From contig CAZZNO010000001.1 in NCBI GenBank assembly GCA_964655685.1, positions 1-54,216 of the forward strand: DNA of 54,216 nt, given 5' to 3'. This DNA is from an uncultured Prevotella sp. (lineage in GTDB: Bacteria > Bacteroidota > Bacteroidia > Bacteroidales > Bacteroidaceae). Within the stretch, counting starts at the first letter, position 1. Each line of letters begins with the position of its first letter. Position numbers and translations under genes: made by a program. The notes beneath the pieces are model-generated. The model saw nothing but the letters and a program-made list of their open reading frames with translations. It had not been told where the DNA came from and did not search any database. Shown in pieces: positions 29,463-38,535 of the stretch.

Positions 29463-29810
29463 ATGTTTAAGGTTAAATGTAAAAGAATTTATCTGCCGGC
29501 CGAAGAAAGTGACGGTTATCGTGTACTTGTTGATAGGCTTTGGCCACGTGGTATAAAAAAAGAGGATGCCAAGGTTGACCTTTGGGCTAAACAGCTTGCA
29601 CCTTCCACAGAGCTTAGGAAGTGGTTTGCTCACATTCCAGAGCGATTTGATGAATTTTCAAAGAAATATTTGTCTGAATTGAAGCAGAATGATGAGGTTG
29701 CGCCAATTATAGATGAGCTTCGTCATCATGAAGTTGTAACATTGCTTTATGGTGCTAAGGACGAACAACATAACAACGCCATTGTGCTGGAGAAACTGTT
29801 GCTCTTATAA
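29463..29810 (+). CDS. DUF488 (YeaO-like) protein
   Basis: KRIY, DGYRVLVDRLWPRGIKKE, APSTELRKWF, VTLLYGAKDEQHNNAIVL. Confidence 0.88.
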   Translation: MFKVKCKRIYLPAEESDGYRVLVDRLWPRGIKKEDAKVDLWAKQLAPSTELRKWFAHIPERFDEFSKKYLSELKQNDEVAPIIDELRHHEVVTLLYGAKDEQHNNAIVLEKLLLL

Positions 29811-30491
29811 TATCTCCAACAGTTGCTCGAATTGTTTTATCTTTTTCATATTTGGATGTTCGGCTTCTTCTGTTTTTTCCATTTTCCACATTAGCTTGTA
29901 GGGTATATGAATGGCGTAGCCACCGAGTTGAAGCACGGGGAGAATGTCTGACTTATAGGAGTTGCCAACCATGCAGAGATGGCTTATGTTGGTGTCGAAT
30001 AATCTGCACAGACGCATGTATTCATGGCGAGTCTTGTCTGCAACAACAACGATGTCGTCGAAGTACTTGTCAAGTCCAGAGCGATGATATTTGTTCTCCT
30101 GGTCAAGATTGTCGCCTTTTGTGAATACTACCATCTTGTATTTCTGCCTTAGCCTCAGTGCTTTGAGAGTATCTTCAATGCCTGGTAAAGGCGTAGCTGG
30201 CAATTGTAGCAAAGACTTGCCTAAGTTGATAATGCGTTTGATATTGGTATTGCTGACATTGCCTTTAGATACTTTTATGGCATTTTCGATGAGCGATATT
30301 GTAAATGCCTTACTGCCATAGCCCAGTGTTGCCATATTAGCAGTCTCTGTTTCGAATAAGCTTTTTGAAATTTCCTCACAACTACCGTAAGTTGACAGAA
30401 TGTTGCAATACTCGTTTTCAACATCATTAAAATGTCCTTGACAGTCCCAAAGAGTATCATCGGCATCAAAGGCAATAAGCTTGAAATCCAT
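29805..30491 (-). CDS. HAD-superfamily hydrolase
   Basis: IAFDADDTLW, TKGD, K, MVGNSYKSDI motifs. Confidence 0.87.
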   Translation of the reverse strand: MDFKLIAFDADDTLWDCQGHFNDVENEYCNILSTYGSCEEISKSLFETETANMATLGYGSKAFTISLIENAIKVSKGNVSNTNIKRIINLGKSLLQLPATPLPGIEDTLKALRLRQKYKMVVFTKGDNLDQENKYHRSGLDKYFDDIVVVADKTRHEYMRLCRLFDTNISHLCMVGNSYKSDILPVLQLGGYAIHIPYKLMWKMEKTEEAEHPNMKKIKQFEQLLEIL

Positions 30492-30538
30492 TATATGTAA
30501 TTTAAAATGTAATTGTCCAGTTGTGTTTATAATGCAAT

Positions 30539-31531
30539 TTATGAACTTTTTTCCAGTCCTCTTTTCCTGTATATCCAAATCTCCACAGAGTTGATGATAT
30601 TTTGCCAAAGAATATAGCAGCCAGGCCCTACAGAGCTGAGCGGGTTTAGAAAGGCTGTTGCTACCCAAATGGAAAAAGCCGTATTTTTCTGTCCGAGACT
30701 TTGCCCAGCCTCTACGGTCTTATCAAAATAGTGACCAATGAATCGGCCTGTAGCAAACTGCACTATGCAGAGCAGCAATCCCATAATGGCTATAGAAAGC
30801 AAAAAAATAACAGATGTTTCATGCCATGCTTCAGTGATATTCATGGCGGTAGTACCGGTGACCACTATTAACGAGCATCCCCATAGGTAGTAGCTCAGAT
30901 CTTTTATGTTTATTATCCAGTGGTGAAAGCGTTTGAAGCAGTGCTTTGTAATAAAAGCGAGCAGCATAGGCAGAAGCAGAACTACGCTTACTTTCCATAA
31001 TATCTCAAGGAAAAGCGGAAAGAAATGTATGTTTGCTGTGGCTTCAGTGGCTTGTGGCAGCATTGGGAAGCACAACGGGATGAGTATTGCAGAAACAAGA
31101 TTTGAAAGAAAAGTATAAGTTGTCATTTCTTCAAGGTTTCCTCCAAGTTTTGCAGTCACTACAGGTGCTGCTGCCGCGCATGGACCTATGATGCACACAA
31201 GTATTGCCTCAAGCATTACTAATGCTCTGCCTGTAATGTTAAAGCCGATGATAATTGCCATAAGGGCAAATACAAACACCGTCTGCTGTATGCATATCCA
31301 TAAATGCCATTTTACGGGCAGAAGTTTGCGGAAATCCACTTTGCAAAATGTGATGTAAAGGATGAGGAACATGAAGTCGGGCATCACATTCCCGTTGTAT
31401 GGTGCATACCACCTGCCTATTGGTTTGAGAAAAGGAACAAAATGAAACAACAGATATATGCATACGCCAGTGACCATTGCCACGGGCAATGTCCAATTCT
31501 TTAATAGTCGTATGAAAGCATTCATTGGCAT
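30539..31531 (-). CDS. Bile acid:sodium symporter (BASS/SBF)-family transporter
   Basis: About 9-10 TM helices, GPCAAAAPVVTAKLGG, GQSLGQKNT. Confidence 0.78.
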   Translation of the reverse strand: MPMNAFIRLLKNWTLPVAMVTGVCIYLLFHFVPFLKPIGRWYAPYNGNVMPDFMFLILYITFCKVDFRKLLPVKWHLWICIQQTVFVFALMAIIIGFNITGRALVMLEAILVCIIGPCAAAAPVVTAKLGGNLEEMTTYTFLSNLVSAILIPLCFPMLPQATEATANIHFFPLFLEILWKVSVVLLLPMLLAFITKHCFKRFHHWIINIKDLSYYLWGCSLIVVTGTTAMNITEAWHETSVIFLLSIAIMGLLLCIVQFATGRFIGHYFDKTVEAGQSLGQKNTAFSIWVATAFLNPLSSVGPGCYILWQNIINSVEIWIYRKRGLEKSS

Positions 31532-31634
31532 GTTATTTTACTGTGTGCAAAATTACAAAAAAAATCGAAGACAAGTACAGTATACTTACTTATCTCCGAT
31601 TATTAATATGTCTCTACTCCTATGTTAGAGCTTC

Positions 31635-33689
31635 CTATTTTTTGTTGTTTTGTTGATCTAAGGCTTTGTTCTGTTGATCTATAGCCTTTATCTTTTCACG
31701 CACCATTTGTGCGTCGTCTTTAAGTCGCTGTACCTTGCGGTTCATTTCGTCTACGAGGCTGTTACCTTTCTTACTCGAAATATTCAAGAAACCAAGGTTG
31801 TTTTCATAAGTCTTGATTTCTTGCTTGAGCGACTCATATCGGCGCATGAGGCGTGCACGCTCATTGTCAACGGCATCTTCACCCTTCTTTGCCATTCCAC
31901 GCAGGTTGTTGCGGAAGTTGTCAAGGTGACGACGAGCAGCACTGACGTGCAGGTTGTCGTATATCTTGTCCATCACATCATGATACTCCTTGTAAACCTT
32001 GTCTTTGTCGCGATATGGCACATGTCCAATCTTATTATATTCGTCCGCAAGCTCTTGTACTTTTTCCTGTACATCGTCGGCGGTGCTTTCTGCAAAATCC
32101 TTGAGTTTTGCAATGATGTCGCGTTTCTTTTTCAAGTTGTCACGTTCTTCATTGCGTGTTCCTGCATTAGCTGCATTGCGTGCTTCAAAGAAATGATTGC
32201 AGGCAGCGAGGAAGTCGTTCCATAGTTTGTCGCCATATTTCCGTGGCACAGTGCCTATAGCCTTCCATTCCTTTTGCAACTGTATGAGCTTGTCTGAAGT
32301 TGATTTCCAGTCGGTGGAGTCGGTAAGGGCCTGTGCTTGCTCAACAAGAGCTTTCTTCTTCTCAGCATTGGCTTCCAAGCGTGCTTTCACTTCCTTGAAA
32401 TACTCAGCCTTACGACCGAAGAAATCGTCACATGCGGCACGGAAACGCTGAAATATTTTCTCGTTCATTGCATGTGGAGCAAAGCCTATGGTCTTCCACT
32501 CTTGCTGTATAGCAATTATTTCCTTTGAGTGTTTTTCCCAATCGCTTGCGTTCTTGTTTTCTTCTTTTGCAATGGCTTCTGTCTTCTCACAAAGCTCTGT
32601 TTTGCGGTTGAGGTTGTCCTGCTCCATAGAACGCAGGTTCTCGAAGTGCTCCTGGTGCTTCTTGTTGATGACAGTACTTGCGTTTTTGAAGCGAGTCCAT
32701 ATTTCCTCGCGCAGCTCTTTTGCCACAGGACCGATCTCGCGATACTGCGCATGCAATTCTTGAAGCTGGTGGAAAGCACTTACCACATCAGGCTCATTTG
32801 CAAGCTTTTCGGCTTGCTCGCATAGTTTAGTCTTGGCTTCAAGATTCTTCTTAAAGTCGTATTCGCGTGCTTCTCTATTAAGATTCAGCAAGTCATAGAA
32901 CTGCTCAACGTAGAGCTGATAGTTACGCCATGTCTCACTTGATTTCTCTGGCGGAACAGGTCCTATTTCTTTCCACTCTTGTTGAAGAGCCTTGAAGTCA
33001 TTATACGACTTATTGGCTTCTTCTGGAGAGGTAGCCATGTTTTTAATCTTCTCTATTATATCTTCACGATGCTTGAGGTTGGCTTCACGTTCCTCTTGTG
33101 CTTTCTCAAAAGCCTTGGCTCGCTTTTCTTTTATGAGCTGCATGTTTGCCTTGAAGGCTTCTTCGTCATCATCAGGCAATATTTGGTACTTCTCTGGATC
33201 GCCACCGTTGGCAAGGTATTGTTTTTCTTTCTCGTCACGTTCGGCAATGTGGAAACGGTAGAAAGAGGCCTTCAGGTGATCGACTTCATCCTTATCGGGA
33301 GTCTCATCGCCTTCTGCCAATTCTTTTACGCGGTCAAGCACCTCTTGCTTTGAAGCGTAAATCTTCTTTTCTTGTTTTGGGGAATCTTCAAGAGCCTCGT
33401 CTTTAACAGGAGTCTCTACCTCTTTTTGATCTTCCTCAGCCTTGTTTTCTTCGGCTGTGGCTTCTGGCTTCTGTACTTCCTCAGTGGCCTTCGAAGCATC
33501 TGCCGCAGGTTGCTCCTTTATCTCAGGTGCCTCTGCCGTCTCTTGTTCCTTAGTTTTGGATTCCTCTAAATTAACTTCTTCGGCAACAGGTGCCTCAGTC
33601 TGCTTGTTCTCTACTTCAGCAGCAGCTTGTGGGGCTTTCTGCTCTTCTACATTACCCTGCTCGAGGGCTTTTTCTTGAGAGTCCATCAT
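31635..33689 (-). CDS. DUF349 domain-containing protein
   Basis: Repeated LQQEWK.IG.VP..LW..F..ACD.FF units and an acidic N-terminal tail. Confidence 0.85.
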   Translation of the reverse strand: MMDSQEKALEQGNVEEQKAPQAAAEVENKQTEAPVAEEVNLEESKTKEQETAEAPEIKEQPAADASKATEEVQKPEATAEENKAEEDQKEVETPVKDEALEDSPKQEKKIYASKQEVLDRVKELAEGDETPDKDEVDHLKASFYRFHIAERDEKEKQYLANGGDPEKYQILPDDDEEAFKANMQLIKEKRAKAFEKAQEEREANLKHREDIIEKIKNMATSPEEANKSYNDFKALQQEWKEIGPVPPEKSSETWRNYQLYVEQFYDLLNLNREAREYDFKKNLEAKTKLCEQAEKLANEPDVVSAFHQLQELHAQYREIGPVAKELREEIWTRFKNASTVINKKHQEHFENLRSMEQDNLNRKTELCEKTEAIAKEENKNASDWEKHSKEIIAIQQEWKTIGFAPHAMNEKIFQRFRAACDDFFGRKAEYFKEVKARLEANAEKKKALVEQAQALTDSTDWKSTSDKLIQLQKEWKAIGTVPRKYGDKLWNDFLAACNHFFEARNAANAGTRNEERDNLKKKRDIIAKLKDFAESTADDVQEKVQELADEYNKIGHVPYRDKDKVYKEYHDVMDKIYDNLHVSAARRHLDNFRNNLRGMAKKGEDAVDNERARLMRRYESLKQEIKTYENNLGFLNISSKKGNSLVDEMNRKVQRLKDDAQMVREKIKAIDQQNKALDQQNNKK

Positions 33690-33772
33690 TTCACTGTTTT
33701 AAGTTTATGACTCGGGGTTCAATAACAAATTATTTTGCAAACTTAAGCAAAAAAAACAGAACTGCCAACAAA

Positions 33773-33836
33773 AAGGCAGTTTTTTTTAGGTAGGACGAAA
33801 ACTTTTTGTACCTTTATGCCTAAAATAAACTGCCTT
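33773..33836 (-). terminator. Probable corA terminator hairpin
   Basis: Imperfect inverted repeat aaggcagttt..tagg / cctaaaataaactgcctt just past the corA stop. Confidence 0.5.
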
Positions 33837-33861
33837 CTTGTTTTGTAAACCGTATGTATGT

Positions 33862-34788
33862 CTATAGCAGACGTTTGTGTCTTAGCACAACCCAGCACAA
33901 AGCGCTAACAAAAAATGCAATGGCGAGGGTTATTATAAATCCCCAATGGCTGTTCTCCAATCCGTTTTCTACATTCATTCCATATAATGAAGCAATGAAG
34001 GTGCCGGACATCATTATTATGGAAACCGATGTGAGAGTACGCATCGTGGTATTCATGTTGTTGTTGATGATGCTTGAGTATGTGTCCATAGTTGACTCAA
34101 GTATGTCTGAGTAAATGCTTGTGGTCTCACGTGCCTGCGTCATCTCAATGTTTACATCTTCGATGAGGTCAGCATCAAGTTCGTCTACTTGCAACTTGAA
34201 CTTTAGCTTTTGCAGCAGGTTCTCATTGCCACGTATTGATGTTATGAAATAGGTCAATGAGTCTTGTAGCCTCGACAGCCCAATAAGGCTTTCGTTGTTC
34301 ACCTCGTGGTCGAGATTATGCTTGGCTTTCTCTATAAGCGCGTTTATTTGCTTTAAGCGTTTCAGATACCATACGGCAGAAGATAGGAAAAGCCGGAAAA
34401 TGAGGTCTACATAGTCGGTGAATCCAACACCTCGTTTTTGCTGATAACTGACGAAGTCAATCATCATGTTGGTTTCATAATAGCACACCGTTATGGTTAC
34501 ATCTCTTTTGTGTATAATGCCGAGAGGTACAGTCGTATATGGCGTGCGTGAGCGAATCTCCTTGACGTAGGGTATACGCAAGATGATGAGCATCCAACCG
34601 TCGTCATACTCGTATCGGGCACGCTCGTCGGTATCGCTGATGTCGCTCATGAAATAGTCGGGTATGTTGAATTTGTCTTCCAGCTCACGCTGGTCGTCGT
34701 CAGTAGGGCATGTCACCTGAATCCAGCAGCCAGGCTGCCATTCGGGGATTTGTTTTAGTTGCTTCTCAATGTTCCAGTATGTTTTCAT
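33862..34788 (-). CDS. corA: CorA family Mg2+ transporter
   Basis: Large cytoplasmic domain (DTDERAR), INNNMNTTMRTLT, YGMN motif, two C-terminal TMs. Confidence 0.9.
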   Translation of the reverse strand: MKTYWNIEKQLKQIPEWQPGCWIQVTCPTDDDQRELEDKFNIPDYFMSDISDTDERARYEYDDGWMLIILRIPYVKEIRSRTPYTTVPLGIIHKRDVTITVCYYETNMMIDFVSYQQKRGVGFTDYVDLIFRLFLSSAVWYLKRLKQINALIEKAKHNLDHEVNNESLIGLSRLQDSLTYFITSIRGNENLLQKLKFKLQVDELDADLIEDVNIEMTQARETTSIYSDILESTMDTYSSIINNNMNTTMRTLTSVSIIMMSGTFIASLYGMNVENGLENSHWGFIITLAIAFFVSALCWVVLRHKRLL

Positions 34789-34948
34789 TGCGCTAATCTC
34801 CTTGAAATTAATAATGTGTGGGGATTAGCCGCTCAAAAGGTCTAATCCTCACGCTAAAAATTGTAATTGTCCGCGTGATAATCGTCCATAAATGCTATGA
34901 ATATTGATTTGTGAGTGCAAAAGTAAGCAAAATAACCCAACTGGCAAA
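34789..34948 (-). promoter_or_regulatory. corA promoter and about 125-nt structured 5' leader
   Basis: TTTG(34948-34945)-N19-TACTTTTG(34925-34918). Segments 34842-34852 and 34792-34801 are each complementary to 34818-34829. Confidence 0.7.
34854..34889 (-). CDS. Putative leader peptide (uORF) MDDYHADNYNF upstream of corA
   Basis: ATG GAC GAT TAT CAC GCG GAC AAT TAC AAT TTT TAG, lying between the promoter and alternative hairpins. Confidence 0.5.
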   Translation of the reverse strand: MDDYHADNYNF

Positions 34949-35019
34949 ATAATTATAAGAAAAAGACAAAGGATTTTTAAAGATATAATGTAGGAACAAC
35001 ATAAAATATCCTTTTTAAA

Positions 35020-35082
35020 ATACAGGGTAATAAAGTAACTTGATTTTCCTTTAAAAAACAATATTGCTTTATTACCCTGTAT
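35020..35082 (-). terminator. Long inverted repeat downstream of pepD
   Basis: atacagggtaataaagtaa / ttgctttattaccctgtat. Confidence 0.6.
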
Positions 35083-35111
35083 ATAATGATGTGTATTTGA
35101 TCTACATCCGT

Positions 35112-36572
35112 TTACTTTGTCTTTTCTGGTATCTGCTCAAGTGTGGCTGTGAGAAGTTTCCAGAATGGCTCGGCTGTATCAATCTTGAAGCGTTCGCTTG
35201 TAGTATGTGGCGACAGGAGTGTTGGGCCAAGTGAAACAACATCCATTCCAGGGTACTTGCTCAAGATGACAGAGCACTCAAGCCCGGCATGGTCTGCCTG
35301 CACTGCTGCTTCCTTGCCAGTCTGCTCTTTATAAACTTTTTTCAGCAAGTTCAGTATTTCGCTGTCCGGGTTGGGATCCCAACCGCCGTAACTGCCGCTG
35401 AGCTCAGTCTTCATGCCAGCCATAGAGAAGCAACTTTCAAGCATGGTTGCTACATATTCCTTCATGTCTTCACGACTTGAGCGTGCAAGAATCTTGATGG
35501 CTGCCTTCCCAGCCTCTATGTCTATGATGGCTAGATTAGATGAAGTCTCCACCACTGTCGGATAGGATGGAATCATTCGGATAACGCCATTGTGGCAAGC
35601 ATAGATAGCATCCACGAGATTGTCTTGTATTTCTTCTGGGACTATCTCCTTTGGGTTGTCTACATTTTCTACGAAAAATTCTACACCGCTCTCAATTCCA
35701 CGGAATTCATCCTCTATGGCGATACGTTGTTCCTCCACGAGGTCTTTCAAGGTCTCTACATTTTCCTTTGGCAATGCAAGCACCACCTCAGCTTTAAAGG
35801 GGATAGCATTGCGCATGTTACCACCATGCCATGAAGCTAAGCGTGTATCACATTCGGCAATGGCCTTGCGTACGAATCTAACCATTTCCTTGTTAGCATT
35901 CGCGCGTCCCTCATTGATTTCCAAACCGCTATGTCCGCCACGCAAGCCTTTTAGCGTAACACGAACTGCGCATTCCTGGTCGTTGTCGGCTGGTTTGTAT
36001 TCGAGTGTTGAGGTTATGTCAATGCCACCTGCTGAGCCGATGACGAACTTACCCCAAAGCTCTGAGTCGAGGTTCATCAAAATGTCGCTGTGCAATTCGC
36101 CCTCGGGCAACTCATTGGCACCGTACATGCCTGTTTCCTCATCTCGTGTTATGAGAGCTTCTACCGGGCCGTGCTTGAGGCTGTTGTCCTCCATTATACC
36201 CATGATTGCGGCTACGCCTATGCCGTCGTCAGAACCGAGCGTGGTGCCTTTTGCATGCACCCATCCGTCTTCGATGTAAGTCTCAATGGGGTCTGTCTCA
36301 AAGTTGTGGGTTGAGTCTGGTGCTTTCTGTGGCACCATGTCCATGTGAGCTTGCAGCAATACGGTTTTGCGGTTCTCGTAGCCGGGAGTTGCGGGCTTGC
36401 GCATCACGATGTTGCCGGCAGGATCCTTGAATGCCTCTACACCAACGCGTTTAGCAAAGTCAAGCAAAAACTGCTGTACTTTTTCAACATGGCCGCTTGG
36501 ACGAGGAATTTGTGTCAAGTCGTCGAAATTGCGCCAAATGGCAGCGGGCTGTAAATTTCTGATTTCGCTCAT
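35112..36572 (-). CDS. pepD: Aminoacyl-histidine dipeptidase (M20C)
   Basis: IPRPSGH, LQAHMDMV, GTTLGSDDGIG, DEETGM, GGHSG, HAGLEC, SPH. Confidence 0.92.
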   Translation of the reverse strand: MSEIRNLQPAAIWRNFDDLTQIPRPSGHVEKVQQFLLDFAKRVGVEAFKDPAGNIVMRKPATPGYENRKTVLLQAHMDMVPQKAPDSTHNFETDPIETYIEDGWVHAKGTTLGSDDGIGVAAIMGIMEDNSLKHGPVEALITRDEETGMYGANELPEGELHSDILMNLDSELWGKFVIGSAGGIDITSTLEYKPADNDQECAVRVTLKGLRGGHSGLEINEGRANANKEMVRFVRKAIAECDTRLASWHGGNMRNAIPFKAEVVLALPKENVETLKDLVEEQRIAIEDEFRGIESGVEFFVENVDNPKEIVPEEIQDNLVDAIYACHNGVIRMIPSYPTVVETSSNLAIIDIEAGKAAIKILARSSREDMKEYVATMLESCFSMAGMKTELSGSYGGWDPNPDSEILNLLKKVYKEQTGKEAAVQADHAGLECSVILSKYPGMDVVSLGPTLLSPHTTSERFKIDTAEPFWKLLTATLEQIPEKTK

Positions 36573-36636
36573 AAGTCTTTAGTCATTATAATGAATTTTG
36601 GACAAAGATACAATATTAAATCCGAACTTCCAACTT

Positions 36637-37626
36637 TTATGCCTTCTTTTTAATAAAATTCAAGGCTATCAAGCCGAAAATGCCGAGGGCAACCACTAAT
36701 AGGGTTTGCACTGTATGCACTATCAATACAAAATAAAGGGCGTCATTGCTTGCCACACCATATAATATGAGCATAGTCTTCACGGCGAAGTGCCACGGGC
36801 CGGCACCATTGGGCGTTGGCACTATAACAGCTATAGAGCCAACGATGAAAGTCACCATGCCGCATGCCACTCCGAGATGCGAAGTAGCATCAAAGCAGAA
36901 AAATGTCAGATAATAGTGCAAAAAGTAGCAAGCCCAGATGGCAAGCGTGAAGATAATGAACTTTGGCACGTTGTGAACATTCTTTACAGATATTATGCCT
37001 GACCACAATCCAATGAACGTGTCTTTCACCTTATTATATATACTGAGTTTGCGCAGAATGAACCATACGAGCAGTATTGCCGCCGCGCCACAGATAGCTG
37101 TCACCCACCAGCCTGTGGTTGTGAACTGTGAGAATATTTGGTCAATGCGTGTGCCTGTACGGCTGAAAAAGCGGGTGAAGACTGGCAGTTGCCAAAGGAA
37201 AGTAAGTGCGGTTATCAAAGCCACGAGCAACGAGTCAATGGCGCGCTCGGTTACAACGGTGCCCAATGCTTTGGGAAAGGAAACTCGGTCCCAGCGCTTG
37301 AGTATGGCACAACGCGCAAACTCGCCAATGCGAGGTATGACAAGGCTTGATGCGTAGGATATAAATATGGAATAAACAGACACCGAACTGCGTGGATGCT
37401 CGCCTACAGGATCCAAGGTCTGCCGCCATCGCCAGCCACGGAATGCCTGCGCCAAGATGCCAAAGGGGAAGGACAGCAACATCCACCACCAGTTCATCTC
37501 ATGGAGCATTACGTGCTCAATGCTGCGAAAGTTGAAGCCTCTGTACATCCAATACAGTATGGCTCCGCCGAGAATGAGCGACAGAGCTACCTGTACTATT
37601 GTATTAAGCGCCTTTTTAAATTTCAT
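36637..37626 (-). CDS. Lysylphosphatidylglycerol synthase TM-region (flippase-like) membrane protein
   Basis: RGWRW, PRIGEFARC, GTVVTERAID, PTPNGAGPWH. Confidence 0.82.
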   Translation of the reverse strand: MKFKKALNTIVQVALSLILGGAILYWMYRGFNFRSIEHVMLHEMNWWWMLLSFPFGILAQAFRGWRWRQTLDPVGEHPRSSVSVYSIFISYASSLVIPRIGEFARCAILKRWDRVSFPKALGTVVTERAIDSLLVALITALTFLWQLPVFTRFFSRTGTRIDQIFSQFTTTGWWVTAICGAAAILLVWFILRKLSIYNKVKDTFIGLWSGIISVKNVHNVPKFIIFTLAIWACYFLHYYLTFFCFDATSHLGVACGMVTFIVGSIAVIVPTPNGAGPWHFAVKTMLILYGVASNDALYFVLIVHTVQTLLVVALGIFGLIALNFIKKKA

Positions 37627-37809
37627 ACGTTCCGCAAAATTACAAAAATGTTTTTATACAAAGGTAAGTGGAACTAAATTTTTAACACGTTAAGGAATAA
37701 AGGCTATTCGCAAAGGATGATACAAATCAATTCAACTGATTGACTATAATCAAACAGTTTGACAGAAATCAAAAATATATAGCATTCTTTATTTAGAGAC
37801 TTAAAATTG

Positions 37810-37841
37810 TTTGCGCACACAATTTAGATTTCGTAACTTTG
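37810..37841 (+). promoter_or_regulatory. Primary-sigma promoter of a small-ORF transcript
   Basis: TTTG(37810)-N20-TAACTTTG(37834-37841). Confidence 0.7.
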
Positions 37842-37992
37842 CATCGTCAAAAGACAAAGGGATGCTTTCAAAATAACATAATTCCAGTTGGCATCCAAAT
37901 ACCGCCAAATGCGGCTAGTTTGATAGAAGTGGCCACACGGTGTGGACACAAAACATTAGAGAACATTAAAAAATAGAGAAAGGAAAAAGATT

Positions 37993-38082
37993 ATGACTAT
38001 TATGACATTTGTGACAATTGCTGCAATCATGTTCGTAGGCATTTCGTTCATCGCCCTCATGCAGGACAGAATGGCTCGCTAA
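37993..38082 (+). CDS. Unannotated 29-aa hydrophobic peptide MTIMTFVTIAAIMFVGISFIALMQDRMAR
   Basis: A-rich initiation context (agaaaggaaaaagattATG), one TM helix with charged tail, own promoter, hairpins at and after the stop. Confidence 0.6.
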   Translation: MTIMTFVTIAAIMFVGISFIALMQDRMAR

Positions 38083-38187
38083 GCGAGTACCCTTCCGAGG
38101 GTTTTAAAAGTAGAATTTCAATTCATTATATGAATATTCGCCATTTTGGGGAACCATAAGTAAAACGGACATTGTGTCTTAGCAGCG

Positions 38188-38275
38188 CTTTAGTTGCGTA
38201 GCGGCAAAACTTTAATCGCATTGCGATAAAGCTTTTATCGCCTACCGATAAAACTTTAGCCGCATAGCGGTAAAA
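38188..38275. repeat. 22-bp tandem repeat array C (4 palindromic units)
   Basis: ctttagttgcgtagcggcaaaa / ctttaatcgcattgcgataaag / cttttatcgcctaccgataaaa / ctttagccgcatagcggtaaaa. Confidence 0.8.
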
Positions 38276-38354
38276 CTTGCACCGCGCACAGATATGCTTT
38301 ATGTCTTCCTGAAATGTTAAGACAATATTTATATAAGTTATTAATATCCTGATT

Positions 38355-38390
38355 GGCGGAAACTGGAATTACTTCTGGTTTCCGCCTTTC
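38355..38390 (+). terminator. Intrinsic terminator-like hairpin upstream of rsmA
   Basis: ggcggaaactggaa-ttac-ttctggtttccgcc followed by tttc. Confidence 0.6.
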
Positions 38391-38535
38391 GCGTCTATGG
38401 CTTATGCCTTTTAGTGGTAAGCTTTCATAAAAGGGCGTAATTTTATGTTTTTGCTGTGTATCTGTGCGTAAACTTTATAGAAGTGACTTTGACGTTTGAA
38501 AAAAATATATTACCTTTGTGGCATACAACATAAAA

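Noticed and set aside
34789-34915. M-box (ykoK) or NiCo riboswitch upstream of corA
   Set aside because: The leader is shorter and simpler and I cannot see their conserved cores. An Rfam scan would be needed to exclude them formally.
37627-38535. tRNA, tmRNA or other housekeeping RNA in the large intergenic gap
   Set aside because: No cloverleaf, T-loop (GTTCRA) or other recognisable signature was found.
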